From Clostridium sp. CAG:768 (lineage in GTDB: Bacteria; Cyanobacteriota; Vampirovibrionia; Gastranaerophilales; Gastranaerophilaceae): a DNA stretch of 64,000 nucleotides. Under the pieces are notes generated by a model, which had not been told where the DNA came from, ran no database searches, and worked only from the letters and a program-made list of their open reading frames with translations. Made by a program: the position numbers and the translations under genes. Below are positions 1 to 10,557 of the stretch, in pieces (within the stretch, counting starts at the first letter, position 1; each line of letters begins with the position of its first letter). The DNA lies in contig FR899629.1 of NCBI GenBank assembly GCA_000437435.1, positions 171,572-235,571 on the forward strand. The letters run 5' to 3'.

Positions 1-1
1 T

Positions 2-376
2 ATCCAAACAAGAGAACAACATATCAAAAGAGAAAAAGCAACAAGTAATATTTGCTCTAACCAAGCATTAATAGGACTTTGTGCAACTTTATATCTAACA
101 GTAATGGGAGAAAAAGGATTAAGACAAGCATCATACTTATCTACTAAAAATGCACACCTTTTATCTAAAAAACTTGCAAATAAAGGGATTAAAACTCTTA
201 ATTCACAATTTTACAACGAGTTTGTAATCCAAGTTGATAATACAGATAAAGCATTAAAAAATCTGAAAGAACACAATATTATCGGTGGTTTAAAAATTGA
301 TAATAATAAAATTCTTGTATCTACAACAGAAATGATTACAGAAGAAGATATTGAAAATTATATCAAATATATTTAG
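2..376 (+). CDS. gcvPA: Glycine dehydrogenase (decarboxylating) subunit 1, C-terminal fragment; the gene runs off the window start
   Basis: The frame is open from nt 2. The translation QTREQHIKREKATSNICSNQAL... matches the conserved P-protein motif REQHIRREKA(T/N)SNICT and ends in a typical GcvPA C-terminus. Confidence 0.8.
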   Translation: MQTREQHIKREKATSNICSNQALIGLCATLYLTVMGEKGLRQASYLSTKNAHLLSKKLANKGIKTLNSQFYNEFVIQVDNTDKALKNLKEHNIIGGLKIDNNKILVSTTEMITEEDIENYIKYI

Positions 377-717
377 GCTTCTTTAAAAGTATTATAAAAA
401 ATAGTAAAAGCTTTCTTGGGTGTTTCAAAACGTTTGATGGAACACCCTTTTATTAAATACATATGCTCATCAGTTTCAACCATTAAATTAATTCTTTTTC
501 TTGTTTTATTCCATTTTTGAACAAAGTTAGAAATGGTTTCATTAGGATTTGCTAATTTTACTTCCAATAGTCCATTTACCTGAGATACAGTAGGTCTTTT
601 TACCTCTTTTTCATCAACGTAAACAGTAGTAAAACTATGTTTTACTTCAGGAGGATTATCTATTGATGCTTTAAAAGATAAATTCGTATCTAATTCCATA
701 ATAATAACATCTTGCAT
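373..717 (-). CDS. Hypothetical protein
   Basis: ORF of 114 aa with no recognisable motif. Confidence 0.3.
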   Translation of the reverse strand: MQDVIIMELDTNLSFKASIDNPPEVKHSFTTVYVDEKEVKRPTVSQVNGLLEVKLANPNETISNFVQKWNKTRKRINLMVETDEHMYLIKGCSIKRFETPKKAFTIFYNTFKEA

Positions 718-762
718 AAGATTAAGTCCTCAAATTTAATATACTAACATTATTGAAAAAAC

Positions 763-835
763 TGGGCGATACGTGACTCGAACACGTGACCCCCACAACG
801 TCAATGTGGTGCGCTACCAACTGCGCTAATCGCCC
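763..835 (-). tRNA. tRNA-Val (anticodon GAC)
   Basis: The reverse complement folds as a 73-nt cloverleaf: acceptor GGGCGAT/ATCGCCC, D-arm GCGC-AGTTGGTA-GCGC, anticodon loop TTGACGT, T-arm ACGTG-TTCGAGT-CACGT. CCA is not encoded. Confidence 0.85.
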
Positions 836-1042
836 GAAGTATATTCAATTGTCAATCAAAAACTTCGTTTTTGATTGGGTCGCTCCCCCTCTCGAAAAAA
901 GATTATCAATCTTTTTTCTCGGCAGAGTGCTAATTGCCCGAGTTTTTAATTACTTAGATTGATAAAACTCTACTTTAAATAGTTAAATTAGCAAAGAATC
1001 AACCTGAAATATTTTCAATAAATCAATTATAGCACAATATTT

Positions 1043-1744
1043 CTAAAAATGCATAGCATCGACTTGTTTTAAAATATTTTGAATATCTTTTACTAACTCA
1101 GCTTCAATAAATAATAATTCTTGTTTAGTATAATCTTCATTTTCATATCTGACTTTTGCAATTTTTGACATTACAATCTTATTGAAAGACAGATAATTTG
1201 AAGCAAATTCAATGATATCAACAGCTCTGTATGGAACAGCACTATCATGAAGTCTTAATACTGATCTAAAAATAACTAGCAAAGTCTTTATTACATTGTT
1301 TAAGAGCTTTTTCATTTCTCTATCAGATTTTACATTCATTAAGAAATTATTTTTATATTTTAACAAAAGGCTTTTCAACTCAGATTCACACTGCAAACGT
1401 AAAAAGTATTTATTTATGCTAATTGTAGGAATTAAATCTTCCCCATATATAATTCGATAATTTTCCTTAATATCTGCATATTCAATTGCGTAAACATCAA
1501 AAGATGAATACCATTCGTCTCTGTTCATAATTACAGGAATAGGATTTTTCCCTTTTACCCATTTTTTTACAGGTTTAGATATATCGTATAAATTTTCAGC
1601 AGTTAATTCATTGGTTACAATCATTAAATTAAGATTAGATTTTGCATCTTCAACATTAGCTTGTGAGCCAAATGCTATAACTGATAAAAGATTTTCACCC
1701 AAAGTATTTTTTAATTCTTCAACAAATTTATCTAAATTTTTCAT
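1043..1744 (-). CDS. Predicted nucleotidyltransferase (pol-beta superfamily fold) with a helical C-terminal domain
   Basis: The N-terminus IAFGSQANVEDAKSNLNLMIV resembles the GS...D.D nucleotidyltransferase motif of KNTase/MNT-like proteins. The C-terminal half looks helical. Confidence 0.4.
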   Translation of the reverse strand: MKNLDKFVEELKNTLGENLLSVIAFGSQANVEDAKSNLNLMIVTNELTAENLYDISKPVKKWVKGKNPIPVIMNRDEWYSSFDVYAIEYADIKENYRIIYGEDLIPTISINKYFLRLQCESELKSLLLKYKNNFLMNVKSDREMKKLLNNVIKTLLVIFRSVLRLHDSAVPYRAVDIIEFASNYLSFNKIVMSKIAKVRYENEDYTKQELLFIEAELVKDIQNILKQVDAMHF

Positions 1745-1779
1745 TTTTAATCCTTTTTTATGATTTGTTATTTACACAA

Positions 1780-2478
1780 CTACCAACTACCTGAACAACC
1801 GGATCCACCAAAGCCGCCGCCACCACCGAAGCCGCCAAAACTTCCAGAATTAAATCTTCGTCTCGGAGATATAATTGCCATTATTATTGCCAAAGGAAAT
1901 GCCCACCAAGGCATATTTTCTGAATCAGAACTGCTTCTAGAATTATTACTTTTTGATAATTGAGGAGGACAATACCCTTGAGTTTTCAAACTAACTTTTT
2001 CAGCCTCTGCAACTGTTTTTGCCAAAACATAAGCTCCACGAGTAATACCTTTTTCATACTCTTCACGCTTATAATATGGAAAAATATCATTATCTCTGAT
2101 ATTTTCTAAAGTTTGAATACTTATTTTATCCTCAAGACCAGTACCCAATTCAATTCTCATTCTACGCTCATTTGGCGCAGTTAAAAATACCATTCCGTTA
2201 TTTTTACCAACAGCCCCTAATTTATAAGAACGTCCTATATCAAGAGCAACTTCTTCAACAGTTCTGCCATTCAATGATGGCAGAGTAACAACAACTAAAT
2301 CTGCTCCAGATTTTTTTTGTAAATCCCAAAGTGTCATGTTCAAGTCATTTTCCACTTGTGGAGATAAGACATTTGCCTCATCAGCAATGAAACCTGTAAA
2401 CTTCAATGTAATTGCATTTGCAGATAAACAGTTTATAATTAATAAACTTACAATTAATAACCAGCACCTTTTTAACAT
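1780..2478 (-). CDS. TPM-domain (TLP18.3/Psb32/MOLO-1 family) protein with signal peptide, C-terminal TM segment and Gly-rich tail
   Basis: Signal peptide, then FIADEANVLSPQ...LQKKSGADLVVVTLPSLNG...GMVFL typical of TPM phosphatase domains, then a TM helix and a GGFGGGGGFGGSG tail. Confidence 0.65.
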   Translation of the reverse strand: MLKRCWLLIVSLLIINCLSANAITLKFTGFIADEANVLSPQVENDLNMTLWDLQKKSGADLVVVTLPSLNGRTVEEVALDIGRSYKLGAVGKNNGMVFLTAPNERRMRIELGTGLEDKISIQTLENIRDNDIFPYYKREEYEKGITRGAYVLAKTVAEAEKVSLKTQGYCPPQLSKSNNSRSSSDSENMPWWAFPLAIIMAIISPRRRFNSGSFGGFGGGGGFGGSGCSGSW

Positions 2479-2524
2479 AATTTGATACTAGCATTGATTT
2501 TAAAATTTGTCAATTGAAAAAATT

Positions 2525-2761
2525 TTAAAAGATTTTATAATTTTTCAAAACAGTATCTAAATTACAAAAGAAATATGGGTTTAAATTAGTCTTTACAGGC
2601 TTTTTTTTCATATTATAAATGGGTTCAGCAGCCTTAAAAGTATCAATCTGAAATTTTGAATGTTTTTTCATCTGAGGAGCAGAACTTTTCTTAATTGAAA
2701 GAAATTTAAAATTCCTAACAAAAAAATTATTATTTCCCCCGCCAATAATTTTTAATAACAT
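2525..2761 (-). CDS. Small Lys-rich hypothetical protein (doubtful)
   Basis: ORF only, 78 aa. Confidence 0.15.
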   Translation of the reverse strand: MLLKIIGGGNNNFFVRNFKFLSIKKSSAPQMKKHSKFQIDTFKAAEPIYNMKKKPVKTNLNPYFFCNLDTVLKNYKIF

Positions 2762-2780
2762 ATCAACACCTCATAAAAAA

Positions 2781-2852
2781 AGGCGACACCCAGATTCGAA
2801 CTGGGGGATAAGAGCTTTGCAGGCTCCTGCCTTACCACTTGGCCATGTCGCC
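2781..2852 (-). tRNA. tRNA-Cys (anticodon GCA)
   Basis: The reverse complement is GGCGACATGGCCAAGTGGTAAGGCAGGAGCCTGCAAAGCTCTTATCCCCAGTTCGAATCTGGGTGTCGCC(T). It has a 3-bp D-stem, anticodon loop CTGCAAA and discriminator U, all typical of tRNA-Cys. Confidence 0.85.
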
Positions 2853-2903
2853 ACTTCGTTACTTTATAATACGAAACAAATAATAAAAAGTCAAGATATA
2901 GAA

Positions 2904-2936
2904 TAAAAAAATAACCGCTATTTCTAGCGGTTATTT
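2904..2936 (-). terminator. Rho-independent terminator of adhE (palindromic, usable in both directions)
   Basis: AACCGCTA-TTTC-TAGCGGTT hairpin flanked by an A-run and a T-run. Confidence 0.6.
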
Positions 2937-2956
2937 TAGTTATTTATTTCTAATAC

Positions 2957-5629
2957 TTATTTTGTTGCATAGTAATCTCTTACAACACCTTCATAAGCAT
3001 CTTTGTAGATAGCTTTAATATCTTCCATCAATGGATATGCTGGGTTAGCACCTGTACATTGATCATCGAATGCAAGTTCTACCATTTCATCTAACTTAGC
3101 GTTAAAGTCAGCTTCTGATACACCAAAATCTTTGATAGAATTTGGTAAGTTGATTGATTTCATCAATTTATCAATTGCTTCAATTAACAATTCAACTTTT
3201 TCATCATCATTTTTACCGCCTAAGCCAAGTTCATCTGCAATTTGACCATATTTAGCTTTTGCATTAGGGAACTTGTATTGAGGGAAGATACATTGTTTTT
3301 TAGGACAATCAACTGCGTTGTATTTAATTACTTGTCTGATTAACAATGCGTTAGCTACACCGTGAGGTACATTAAACATAGCACCTAATTTGTGAGCCAT
3401 TGAGTGACATAATCCTAAGAATGAGTTAGCAAATGCCATACCTGCAATTGTTGCAGCATAGTGCATTTTTTCTCTGGCGATAGGATCATTAGCACCTTCA
3501 TTGTAAGATCTTTCTAAGTATCTGAATACCAATTTAGTTGCTTCTAAAGCATTTGAATTTGTGAAGTTTGTAGCTAAAGCAGATACATAAGCTTCTGTTG
3601 CGTGAACTAAAGCATCAATACCAGATGCAGCTGTCAAACCTTTTGGCATACCATCTACAAAGTTTGGATCGATAATTGCCATATTTGGAGTTAATGCGTA
3701 ATCTGCAATCGCATATTTTACGTGAGTTTCATCATCTGTAATAATTGCGAATGGAGTAACTTCTGAACCAGTACCTGAAGTTGTAGGGATAGCAACCATT
3801 GTAGCTTTTTTACCTAATTCAGGGATACGGCAAATTCTTTTTCTAATATCCATAAATCTCATAGAGATATCTTCGAATACTGTATCTGGTTGTTCATACA
3901 TTAACCACATAATTTTAGCAGCATCCATTGGAGATCCACCACCTAATGAAATGATTACATCAGGTTCATAAGGTCTGATAATTTCCATTGCTTGGTTAAT
4001 TGTAGATAATGTAGGATCTGGCTTTACATCAAAGAAGATTTGGTGATCAATACCTACTTCATCTAATACTTTAACGATGCTGTCTACTGCACCTGAATTG
4101 AATAAGAATCTGTCAGTTACGATAAAGGCACGTTTTTTACCTTCAAGTTCACGAAGTGCAAGATCAACTGCTCCTCTTTTGAAGTAAACTTTTGGTGGAA
4201 CCTTGAACCAAAGCATATTTTCTCTCCTTTCTGCAACTGTTTTGTAGTTCAATAAATTTTCTACACCGATGTTACCAGATACGGCGTTTTTACCCCAAGA
4301 ACCACAACCAAGAGAAAGTGAAGGTTCTAATTTGAAGTTATATAAATCACCGATACCACCTTGAGCTGATGGAGAGTTGATTAATACTCTACATGCAGGC
4401 ATTTTTTCTGCGAATTTGTCAACTCTTTCTTGACTACGAGTATCTGTATAAAGGTCTGCAGAGTGACCAGCGCCACCTTTTGATACTAATTCATAAGTCA
4501 TTTCTGTTGCTTCTTCGAAATCTTTTGCTCTGTACATAGTTAATACAGGAGATAATTTTTCTCTAGAGAATGGGTCATTCCAATCTACTGAAGGTCTTTC
4601 AGCTAAAATAATTTTTGCAGTTTTTGGAATGCTGAATCCAGCTAATTCTGCAATTCTCCAAGCTGGTTGACCAACGATATCAGGGTGAGCAGTACCACGT
4701 TTTGGATCAATGAATGGAAGATCGATCATTTTCTTTTCTTCAGCTTCATTAATTAAGTATGCACCTCTATAGATAAATTCTTTTTTAACTTCTTCATATA
4801 CTTTATCAACTACAACAACTGATTGTTCAGATGCACAAATCATACCGTTGTCGAAAGTTTTTGACATAAGGATTGAAGATACTGCCATTTTAATATCAGC
4901 AGTTTCATCAATTACTGCAGCTGCGTTACCAGGACCAACACCTAATGCAGGGTTTCCAGATGAATAAGCAGCTTTAACCATACCAGGACCACCTGTAGCT
5001 AAGATACAAGCAATGTCAGGGTGTTTCATTAATTGGTTTGATAAATCGATAGATGGGATATCAATCCAACCAATAATATCTTCAGGAGCACCAGCTTTAA
5101 CTGCAGCTTCTAAAACAATTTTAGCAGCTTCAATTGTACATTTTGTTGCTCTTGGGTGTGGTGAAAAGATAATTGCGTTTCTTGTTTTTAAAGCAATTAA
5201 TGATTTAAAGATTGCTGTAGATGTAGGGTTTGTTGTAGGAACGATACCTGCAATAACACCTAGAGGTTCTGCAACTGTTTTAATACCATTTGCTTTATCT
5301 TCTTTTATAATTCCACAAGTTTTTACATTTTTATGTTTGTTATAAATGTATTCTGATGCAAAGTGGTTTTTAATAATTTTATCTTCTAAAACGCCCATAC
5401 CAGTTTCTTCAACAGCCATTTTAGCTAGAGGAATACGAGCTTTGTCTGCAGCTGTAGCTGCTGCTTTGAAAATTGCATCTACTTGTTCTTGAGTAAAATT
5501 AGAATAAATTTTTTGAGCTTTTTTTACTCTTGCAATTAGCATTTCTAATTTTTCAGCACTGTCAACCACTGTAGACTGATTTAAAGCCTTTTCTAGGTTT
5601 TCAACAGTTTTTTTGTTTTTTGTTGTCAT
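2957..5629 (-). CDS. adhE: Bifunctional acetaldehyde-CoA/alcohol dehydrogenase
   Basis: 890 aa. N-terminal aldehyde dehydrogenase domain and C-terminal iron-containing alcohol dehydrogenase domain (GGGSPMDAAK, HSMAHKLG) give the AdhE architecture. Confidence 0.95.
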   Translation of the reverse strand: MTTKNKKTVENLEKALNQSTVVDSAEKLEMLIARVKKAQKIYSNFTQEQVDAIFKAAATAADKARIPLAKMAVEETGMGVLEDKIIKNHFASEYIYNKHKNVKTCGIIKEDKANGIKTVAEPLGVIAGIVPTTNPTSTAIFKSLIALKTRNAIIFSPHPRATKCTIEAAKIVLEAAVKAGAPEDIIGWIDIPSIDLSNQLMKHPDIACILATGGPGMVKAAYSSGNPALGVGPGNAAAVIDETADIKMAVSSILMSKTFDNGMICASEQSVVVVDKVYEEVKKEFIYRGAYLINEAEEKKMIDLPFIDPKRGTAHPDIVGQPAWRIAELAGFSIPKTAKIILAERPSVDWNDPFSREKLSPVLTMYRAKDFEEATEMTYELVSKGGAGHSADLYTDTRSQERVDKFAEKMPACRVLINSPSAQGGIGDLYNFKLEPSLSLGCGSWGKNAVSGNIGVENLLNYKTVAERRENMLWFKVPPKVYFKRGAVDLALRELEGKKRAFIVTDRFLFNSGAVDSIVKVLDEVGIDHQIFFDVKPDPTLSTINQAMEIIRPYEPDVIISLGGGSPMDAAKIMWLMYEQPDTVFEDISMRFMDIRKRICRIPELGKKATMVAIPTTSGTGSEVTPFAIITDDETHVKYAIADYALTPNMAIIDPNFVDGMPKGLTAASGIDALVHATEAYVSALATNFTNSNALEATKLVFRYLERSYNEGANDPIAREKMHYAATIAGMAFANSFLGLCHSMAHKLGAMFNVPHGVANALLIRQVIKYNAVDCPKKQCIFPQYKFPNAKAKYGQIADELGLGGKNDDEKVELLIEAIDKLMKSINLPNSIKDFGVSEADFNAKLDEMVELAFDDQCTGANPAYPLMEDIKAIYKDAYEGVVRDYYATK

Positions 5630-5788
5630 AAATTTATATCTCCTATTTTATTCGTGATTTATTTCACAATTATATTATAAAATAAAGTTATTCCAAAAGC
5701 AAGTGTATTTTTTACAATCTTTATACAAATTTAATATTTCATTTATTTAGATGAAAGACTTAATTATAAAGTAAGATATACTTTTAAT

Positions 5789-6490
5789 ATGAATATTTTT
5801 CAACAAATTATATATTACTTTTTAGAAAAACAAGAAAAAGCTTTATCTAAAAAATTAAGCAAGCATCTTAAAATTTCAAGTTCAAACAAAACATCTAAAA
5901 CTATTGTCTCAAAAGATGTTACCGTTACTTTTAATGCAGAAACTGAAAAGAGTAAAGAATTAGTAAAGAAAAATGTTACTGATATCATAAAATCGTGCAA
6001 CAACGATCCTGCAAAGCTTTTAGCCTTTGTAGAAAGTAAAGGAACAAAAGTAATTAAAATCGATAACGCAGACAAAGTATTATCAATAATAAAAGAAGAA
6101 GAAGGGCTTATAACTGAACTTGAAGGAATAGAAGCTTTATATATAAATATTATTACAAATTCAGGTTTTTCTTTCAGATCTAAACCTATGTTTATTATGC
6201 GAAACGGACAAATCGATCCATATTACATGGCTCATCAATTTTACAAATGGTATGCTCTAAAAATGGGATTACCCGGATTTGATTTCATGTCACAAAAAAT
6301 ATTTAAAATATCCTTAAATTCTAACGGAGCAGTTTTTTCAAACTTAAATTTAGATGAAATGACAGGACTAAAAGAAGCAATTGCAAGAGATCAAGAGGCT
6401 ACATCATTTGCTCTCGAACTTGCGAAATCAAAAGAAGGAAGCAAAAACGTTATAGATAAAATTAAAAATGACGGAGGCGCAAATATATAA
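5789..6490 (+). CDS. Hypothetical protein
   Basis: 233-aa ORF with no recognisable domain. Confidence 0.45.
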   Translation: MNIFQQIIYYFLEKQEKALSKKLSKHLKISSSNKTSKTIVSKDVTVTFNAETEKSKELVKKNVTDIIKSCNNDPAKLLAFVESKGTKVIKIDNADKVLSIIKEEEGLITELEGIEALYINIITNSGFSFRSKPMFIMRNGQIDPYYMAHQFYKWYALKMGLPGFDFMSQKIFKISLNSNGAVFSNLNLDEMTGLKEAIARDQEATSFALELAKSKEGSKNVIDKIKNDGGANI

Positions 6491-6513
6491 AAATTAGGAT
6501 AGCTCTAACTATC

Positions 6514-6897
6514 CTAATTCGTAGTCGCAAACCTAAAGTCTTCGGTCCAAGTTCTAAATCCTCCTTCTAAAAGCATTGCAGGATAACCATATTCCACCAA
6601 AATCAAACAAGCTTCAATTCCTAAATGACATTGTTCATTATAACAATAAACAACAGTTATTTCTTCTTTTGATAACTTATTTGTGTTATCTGCTAATTCC
6701 TCTTTAGGGATTGAAATAGCCCCAGGTATATGAGAAACTTCATAATCTTCAAAACGTCTTACATCAACTAAATTAACTTTTCCTACATCTAATAAATCTT
6801 TTAGCTCAATCGGACCAATAGTATATGCTAAAAGTTCTTGAAAAAAGCATTGAGCTCTTTTGGTATCAAAACGAATTTCTTTAATTTTTTCATTCAT
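6514..6897 (-). CDS. Rhodanese-like domain protein
   Basis: DVRRFEDYEVSHIPGAISIP...VVYCYNEQCHLG...GGFRTW matches a single rhodanese/sulfurtransferase domain. Confidence 0.55.
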   Translation of the reverse strand: MNEKIKEIRFDTKRAQCFFQELLAYTIGPIELKDLLDVGKVNLVDVRRFEDYEVSHIPGAISIPKEELADNTNKLSKEEITVVYCYNEQCHLGIEACLILVEYGYPAMLLEGGFRTWTEDFRFATTN

Positions 6898-7030
6898 AAA
6901 TAATATATCCTTTCTGTTTTATACAGAAAGGATATATCAAGTTATAAAATAAATACTTAGCAACATGTTTATATTTATGTAGTAAGTTTTGGGGTGGGGT
7001 AAGTGTAGAACAGGCAATCGTCTTATTTCA

Positions 7031-7318
7031 TTAACCTAAAAATGAAATATGTTTTGGACTTTTGCTTGCTCTATCATAATCAGGTGAAAATAGTATATTA
7101 TAAGTCTTGCGAAGTTTTGCGCCTAAAGCGTTTAGCATATTTGGATTTTGAACCATATCTGCTTTTTGAGTACGATTCAAATCATTTTCGAAATTGATTT
7201 TCGCATTTGGGTTTTGTAGTGATAAAATCGCTACATTTGGGGTTAGGTTATTAAGATTACCTTCTCCAAAAGAGATAGGTTTTACTGTATTAAATTTTAC
7301 TGGATTTACTGTTATCAT
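7031..7318 (-). CDS. Hypothetical small protein
   Basis: 95-aa ORF preceded by a GGAGGAAG Shine-Dalgarno sequence. Confidence 0.4.
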   Translation of the reverse strand: MITVNPVKFNTVKPISFGEGNLNNLTPNVAILSLQNPNAKINFENDLNRTQKADMVQNPNMLNALGAKLRKTYNILFSPDYDRASKSPKHISFLG

Positions 7319-7727
7319 TTTCTTCCTCCTCTCGTGAGGTTTTTCTTATTAAGTGTTTTTTGAACACTTCATTTAACACTTTTACTATAAACTATAAAAA
7401 ATATTTTGTCAACCCCTACTATAAAGTTTTATTAAGAAAATAAAAACTATTGATTTATAAGGCTTTTAGCATTAAGTGCAACGTTTACACTTAATCAATA
7501 ATGAATTATTTGTGCTTATCAGATTAAATATAGAAGCATGGGTAATATATAAAAAAATATATAGTCCAACTGGATTTTTTCATATTAGACTAATAGGTAA
7601 TTGTAAAAATAACACTTATTCCGTTAAATATAATCATTAAATCTTTTTCATACTTCCAGCTATTCTTAATTCCAACGGGGCTTACACTCTAAATTAGTTA
7701 GAGATCCGAGCTCCTTTTTTTTATTTG

Positions 7728-7768
7728 TTAAAAATTAAAAAGGACTGTATTAAATACAGCCCTTTTTA
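7728..7768 (-). terminator. Rho-independent terminator downstream of lysC
   Basis: GGACTGTAT-TAA-ATACAGCC hairpin flanked by T-rich runs on both strands. Confidence 0.5.
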
Positions 7769-7792
7769 ATAATAATATCAATTTGCTAAAGA

Positions 7793-9067
7793 TTAGATAT
7801 TAGGCAAATCGCCTTTTACTTCAGCTATTTCAGAACTTTCCAATTCAAACACCTCATGTAAAGCTTTAACAGCCTTTTGAGCTTGATCTTTATCTACAAG
7901 ACAACTAATTTTAATTTCACTTGTAGAAATCATTCTAATATTTATTCCTTGCTCTGCTAAAGTTTCAAACATAGTCGAAGCAACTCCAGGTCTATCAATC
8001 ATACCAGCTCCAACTATTGAGACTTTTGCAATATTTTCATCAACTTGAATATCACCGGTTGCACCTATTTCAGCTTTTAGAGCATCTAAAGCTTCGACAG
8101 TTTTAGGCAAATCAGATGCATCTACAGTGAATGCAATATCATTTGTATTTGAAACTTTTCTTGCATATGATTGAATAATCATATCAACAGAAATATTTTC
8201 TTTTGCTAATTTGCTAAACAATTTAGCTGCCACACCAGGTTTATCAGGAACATCACAAACTACAATTCTTGCCTGAGATAAATCCGCTGCAACACCTGCT
8301 ACCGGTTTATAAATTTCCATTTTATCAACTCCTAATATTAAAGTACCTAAATTATCTAATTTAAAACTACTTCTTACTCGCATTGGAACATTAAATTGTT
8401 TTGCAGTTTCAACACTTCTTGGGTGTAATACATTCGCACCTGCATGTGCCAACTCAAGCATTTCTTCATAAGATATTTCATCTAATCTGGATGCATTAGG
8501 AACAACACGAGGATCTGTTGTATAAACACCTTCCACATCTGTATAAATATCGCATCTTTCAGCATTTAATGCTGCTGCTAGAGCTACTGCGGAGGTATCA
8601 GAGCCACCTCTACCTAGAGTTGTGATTTCACCATCTTCGGTTACACCTTGAAATCCTGCTACTACAATAATTTTCCCCTGTTTTAAATTTTCTTTTAATT
8701 TATCTGTTTTTATATCTATAATTCGAGCTTTTGAATGAATATTTTCTGTCATAATACCAATTTGCATAGCATTAAAACTTATTGCATCATAACCTTGAGC
8801 TTGAATTGCCATTGCTAAAAGAGCAATTGATACACCTTCACCTGTAGACAAAAGCATATCCATCTCACGGCTTGAAGGATTAGGACTTAAATCTTTAGCC
8901 ATTTTAACAAGATAATCAGTTGTATGACCCATTGCAGAAACTACAACTACGACATCGTTTCCGTTTTCTTTTTCCCTAATCACTGTTTTAGCAACATTTT
9001 TTATCTTTTCTGTATCAGCTACTGAGGTTCCGCCAAATTTTTGTACAATAATTTTTCTCAATTTCAA
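7793..9067 (-). CDS. lysC: Aspartate kinase
   Basis: KFGGTSVADTEKI..VVVVSAMGHTTD kinase signature plus C-terminal paired ACT domains. Confidence 0.95.
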   Translation of the reverse strand: MKLRKIIVQKFGGTSVADTEKIKNVAKTVIREKENGNDVVVVVSAMGHTTDYLVKMAKDLSPNPSSREMDMLLSTGEGVSIALLAMAIQAQGYDAISFNAMQIGIMTENIHSKARIIDIKTDKLKENLKQGKIIVVAGFQGVTEDGEITTLGRGGSDTSAVALAAALNAERCDIYTDVEGVYTTDPRVVPNASRLDEISYEEMLELAHAGANVLHPRSVETAKQFNVPMRVRSSFKLDNLGTLILGVDKMEIYKPVAGVAADLSQARIVVCDVPDKPGVAAKLFSKLAKENISVDMIIQSYARKVSNTNDIAFTVDASDLPKTVEALDALKAEIGATGDIQVDENIAKVSIVGAGMIDRPGVASTMFETLAEQGINIRMISTSEIKISCLVDKDQAQKAVKALHEVFELESSEIAEVKGDLPNI

Positions 9068-10557
9068 TCTCTTTCTGAACTATTTTGCAAAATTGCTGTC
9101 AATTCAGCTTTTTGCTCAGGGTATTCAAACAAGTCTTTATTTAGATTTTCAATCTTTTCCGCGAAGGAAATTGTTTCTTTTACATTATATTCACAAAGGT
9201 TTTCTTTGACAAGTATGTAACTCACATAAAACATTAAATTTAACAATGTTAAATTATTCTCATCTGCTTTTATAGCCTTGCGAAGTTTCCTTTGCGCTTC
9301 AGCATAATCATTTTGGGATATCAGATATTTTGCATAATCAGTAAAAGCTGCAATATACTTAGGATTATGCAATATTGCATTTTCGTAATAATCTTTTACT
9401 TTAGTATCATTTTTAAGTTTTTCATAACACTTTGCAAGATAATATGAATTTACAGAATCTTCATCATCAGCTCTTAAAAGTTCTATAGATTTTTCTATAT
9501 CATCTTTTTCATATGAAATTATGCCTAGTGCTTGTTTGACAATTTTATTTCCAGGCTCTTTTTCCAATACTTTTTCTAAAATAGGTTGAGCTTCTTCTAC
9601 TTCATTACGCGCTGCACAACATAAACCTAAATAAGACAAAATTTCCAAATTCTCCGGTTCATATTCCAGAGCTTTCAAAAGTTTAAATTTTGCACCTTCA
9701 TAATCTTCAAATTTTTCCAATACTTTGCCCCATTCAAGATATAAAGCAGCATTAGTTAATTCTTTTTCCTGAGCTTGAACAAAACATTTTAAAGATGCTT
9801 CTTTATCAAACTTAATAGCATACAACTGTCCTAATAAAATATAAGATGGGAGCATTTTTGAATTATAATCCAAAGATTTTTGCGCATAATGAATTGCACT
9901 TTCATAATCATTTTTCAAATATTTTAATCTTGCAAATTCATATGTATTATTAGCATTTGGACAGACATTAGCTAAAAAAGTCAACTTCATTTCAGCTTTA
10001 TCATACATTTCTAGCTTAATTTCCATTACTGCACACAAAAATACTGCTGAAAAATTATATTTATTATGTTTTGCAGCTTCAATAAATTTATCATGGGCTT
10101 GTGCGTATTTTTTCTGTTTCATTAATGCCATACCCCAACCGGTATATGTATCCGAATTGTTTGGTTGTATTTTATTCGCATTCTCAAAAGATTTTACTGC
10201 GTTTTCAAATTTTCCTACAGAAATCAAAGAAAAACCCAATCTTTGCCAAATGTGCCTATCTTGAGGATTCAAATCTGCAGAAATTTGGTAATTTTCAACG
10301 GATTTTTCAAAATCACCTAATCTTTCATACACAGTCCCAAGATATTTATACACAAGAGCATCTTTTTGAGGTAATTCTAAAGCCTTCAACAAAATATCTA
10401 AAGCCTCATTATATTTATTTTGTTCTATCAACAATTTTGCTCTATTTACATAAGTATAAGACGGTAAAGACTGAATTACGGTCTCTTGCTTATACTTATC
10501 TACAGAGCTATTCAAACTTTTAACTTTATCAATTATATTTTTTAACCAATCAGACAA
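9064..10557 (-). CDS. TPR repeat protein; overlaps lysC by 4 nt so translationally coupled
   Basis: Multiple 34-aa TPR motifs (A..Y..LG.....G....A...Y..A). Confidence 0.7.
   Translation of the reverse strand: MSDWLKNIIDKVKSLNSSVDKYKQETVIQSLPSYTYVNRAKLLIEQNKYNEALDILLKALELPQKDALVYKYLGTVYERLGDFEKSVENYQISADLNPQDRHIWQRLGFSLISVGKFENAVKSFENANKIQPNNSDTYTGWGMALMKQKKYAQAHDKFIEAAKHNKYNFSAVFLCAVMEIKLEMYDKAEMKLTFLANVCPNANNTYEFARLKYLKNDYESAIHYAQKSLDYNSKMLPSYILLGQLYAIKFDKEASLKCFVQAQEKELTNAALYLEWGKVLEKFEDYEGAKFKLLKALEYEPENLEILSYLGLCCAARNEVEEAQPILEKVLEKEPGNKIVKQALGIISYEKDDIEKSIELLRADDEDSVNSYYLAKCYEKLKNDTKVKDYYENAILHNPKYIAAFTDYAKYLISQNDYAEAQRKLRKAIKADENNLTLLNLMFYVSYILVKENLCEYNVKETISFAEKIENLNKDLFEYPEQKAELTAILQNSSERD

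Noticed and set aside
840-1042. Hairpin-rich region between tRNA-Val and the nucleotidyltransferase gene, considered as a possible small RNA (SRP/6S)
   Set aside because: I found no conserved motifs of SRP, 6S, tmRNA or RNase P RNA. It is more likely promoter/terminator hairpins, and cannot be confirmed without covariance models.
1760-1963. 67-aa Pro-rich ORF (PPKPPPPPKPPK)
   Set aside because: It is the antisense reading of the Gly-rich GGN-codon tail of the TPM-domain protein, so it is an artefact.
5013-5345. 110-aa ORF on the plus strand inside adhE
   Set aside because: It is antisense to a very well-supported 890-aa adhE coding sequence, so it is a chance ORF.
6985-7012. G-rich stretch TTGGGGTGGGGTAAGTG as a possible G-quadruplex or regulatory element
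   Set aside because: It has only two G-runs of 4, too few for a quadruplex, and sits in a 3' intergenic region with no supporting context.
10101-10523. 140-aa plus-strand ORF inside the TPR gene
   Set aside because: It is antisense to the TPR coding sequence and has low-complexity composition.
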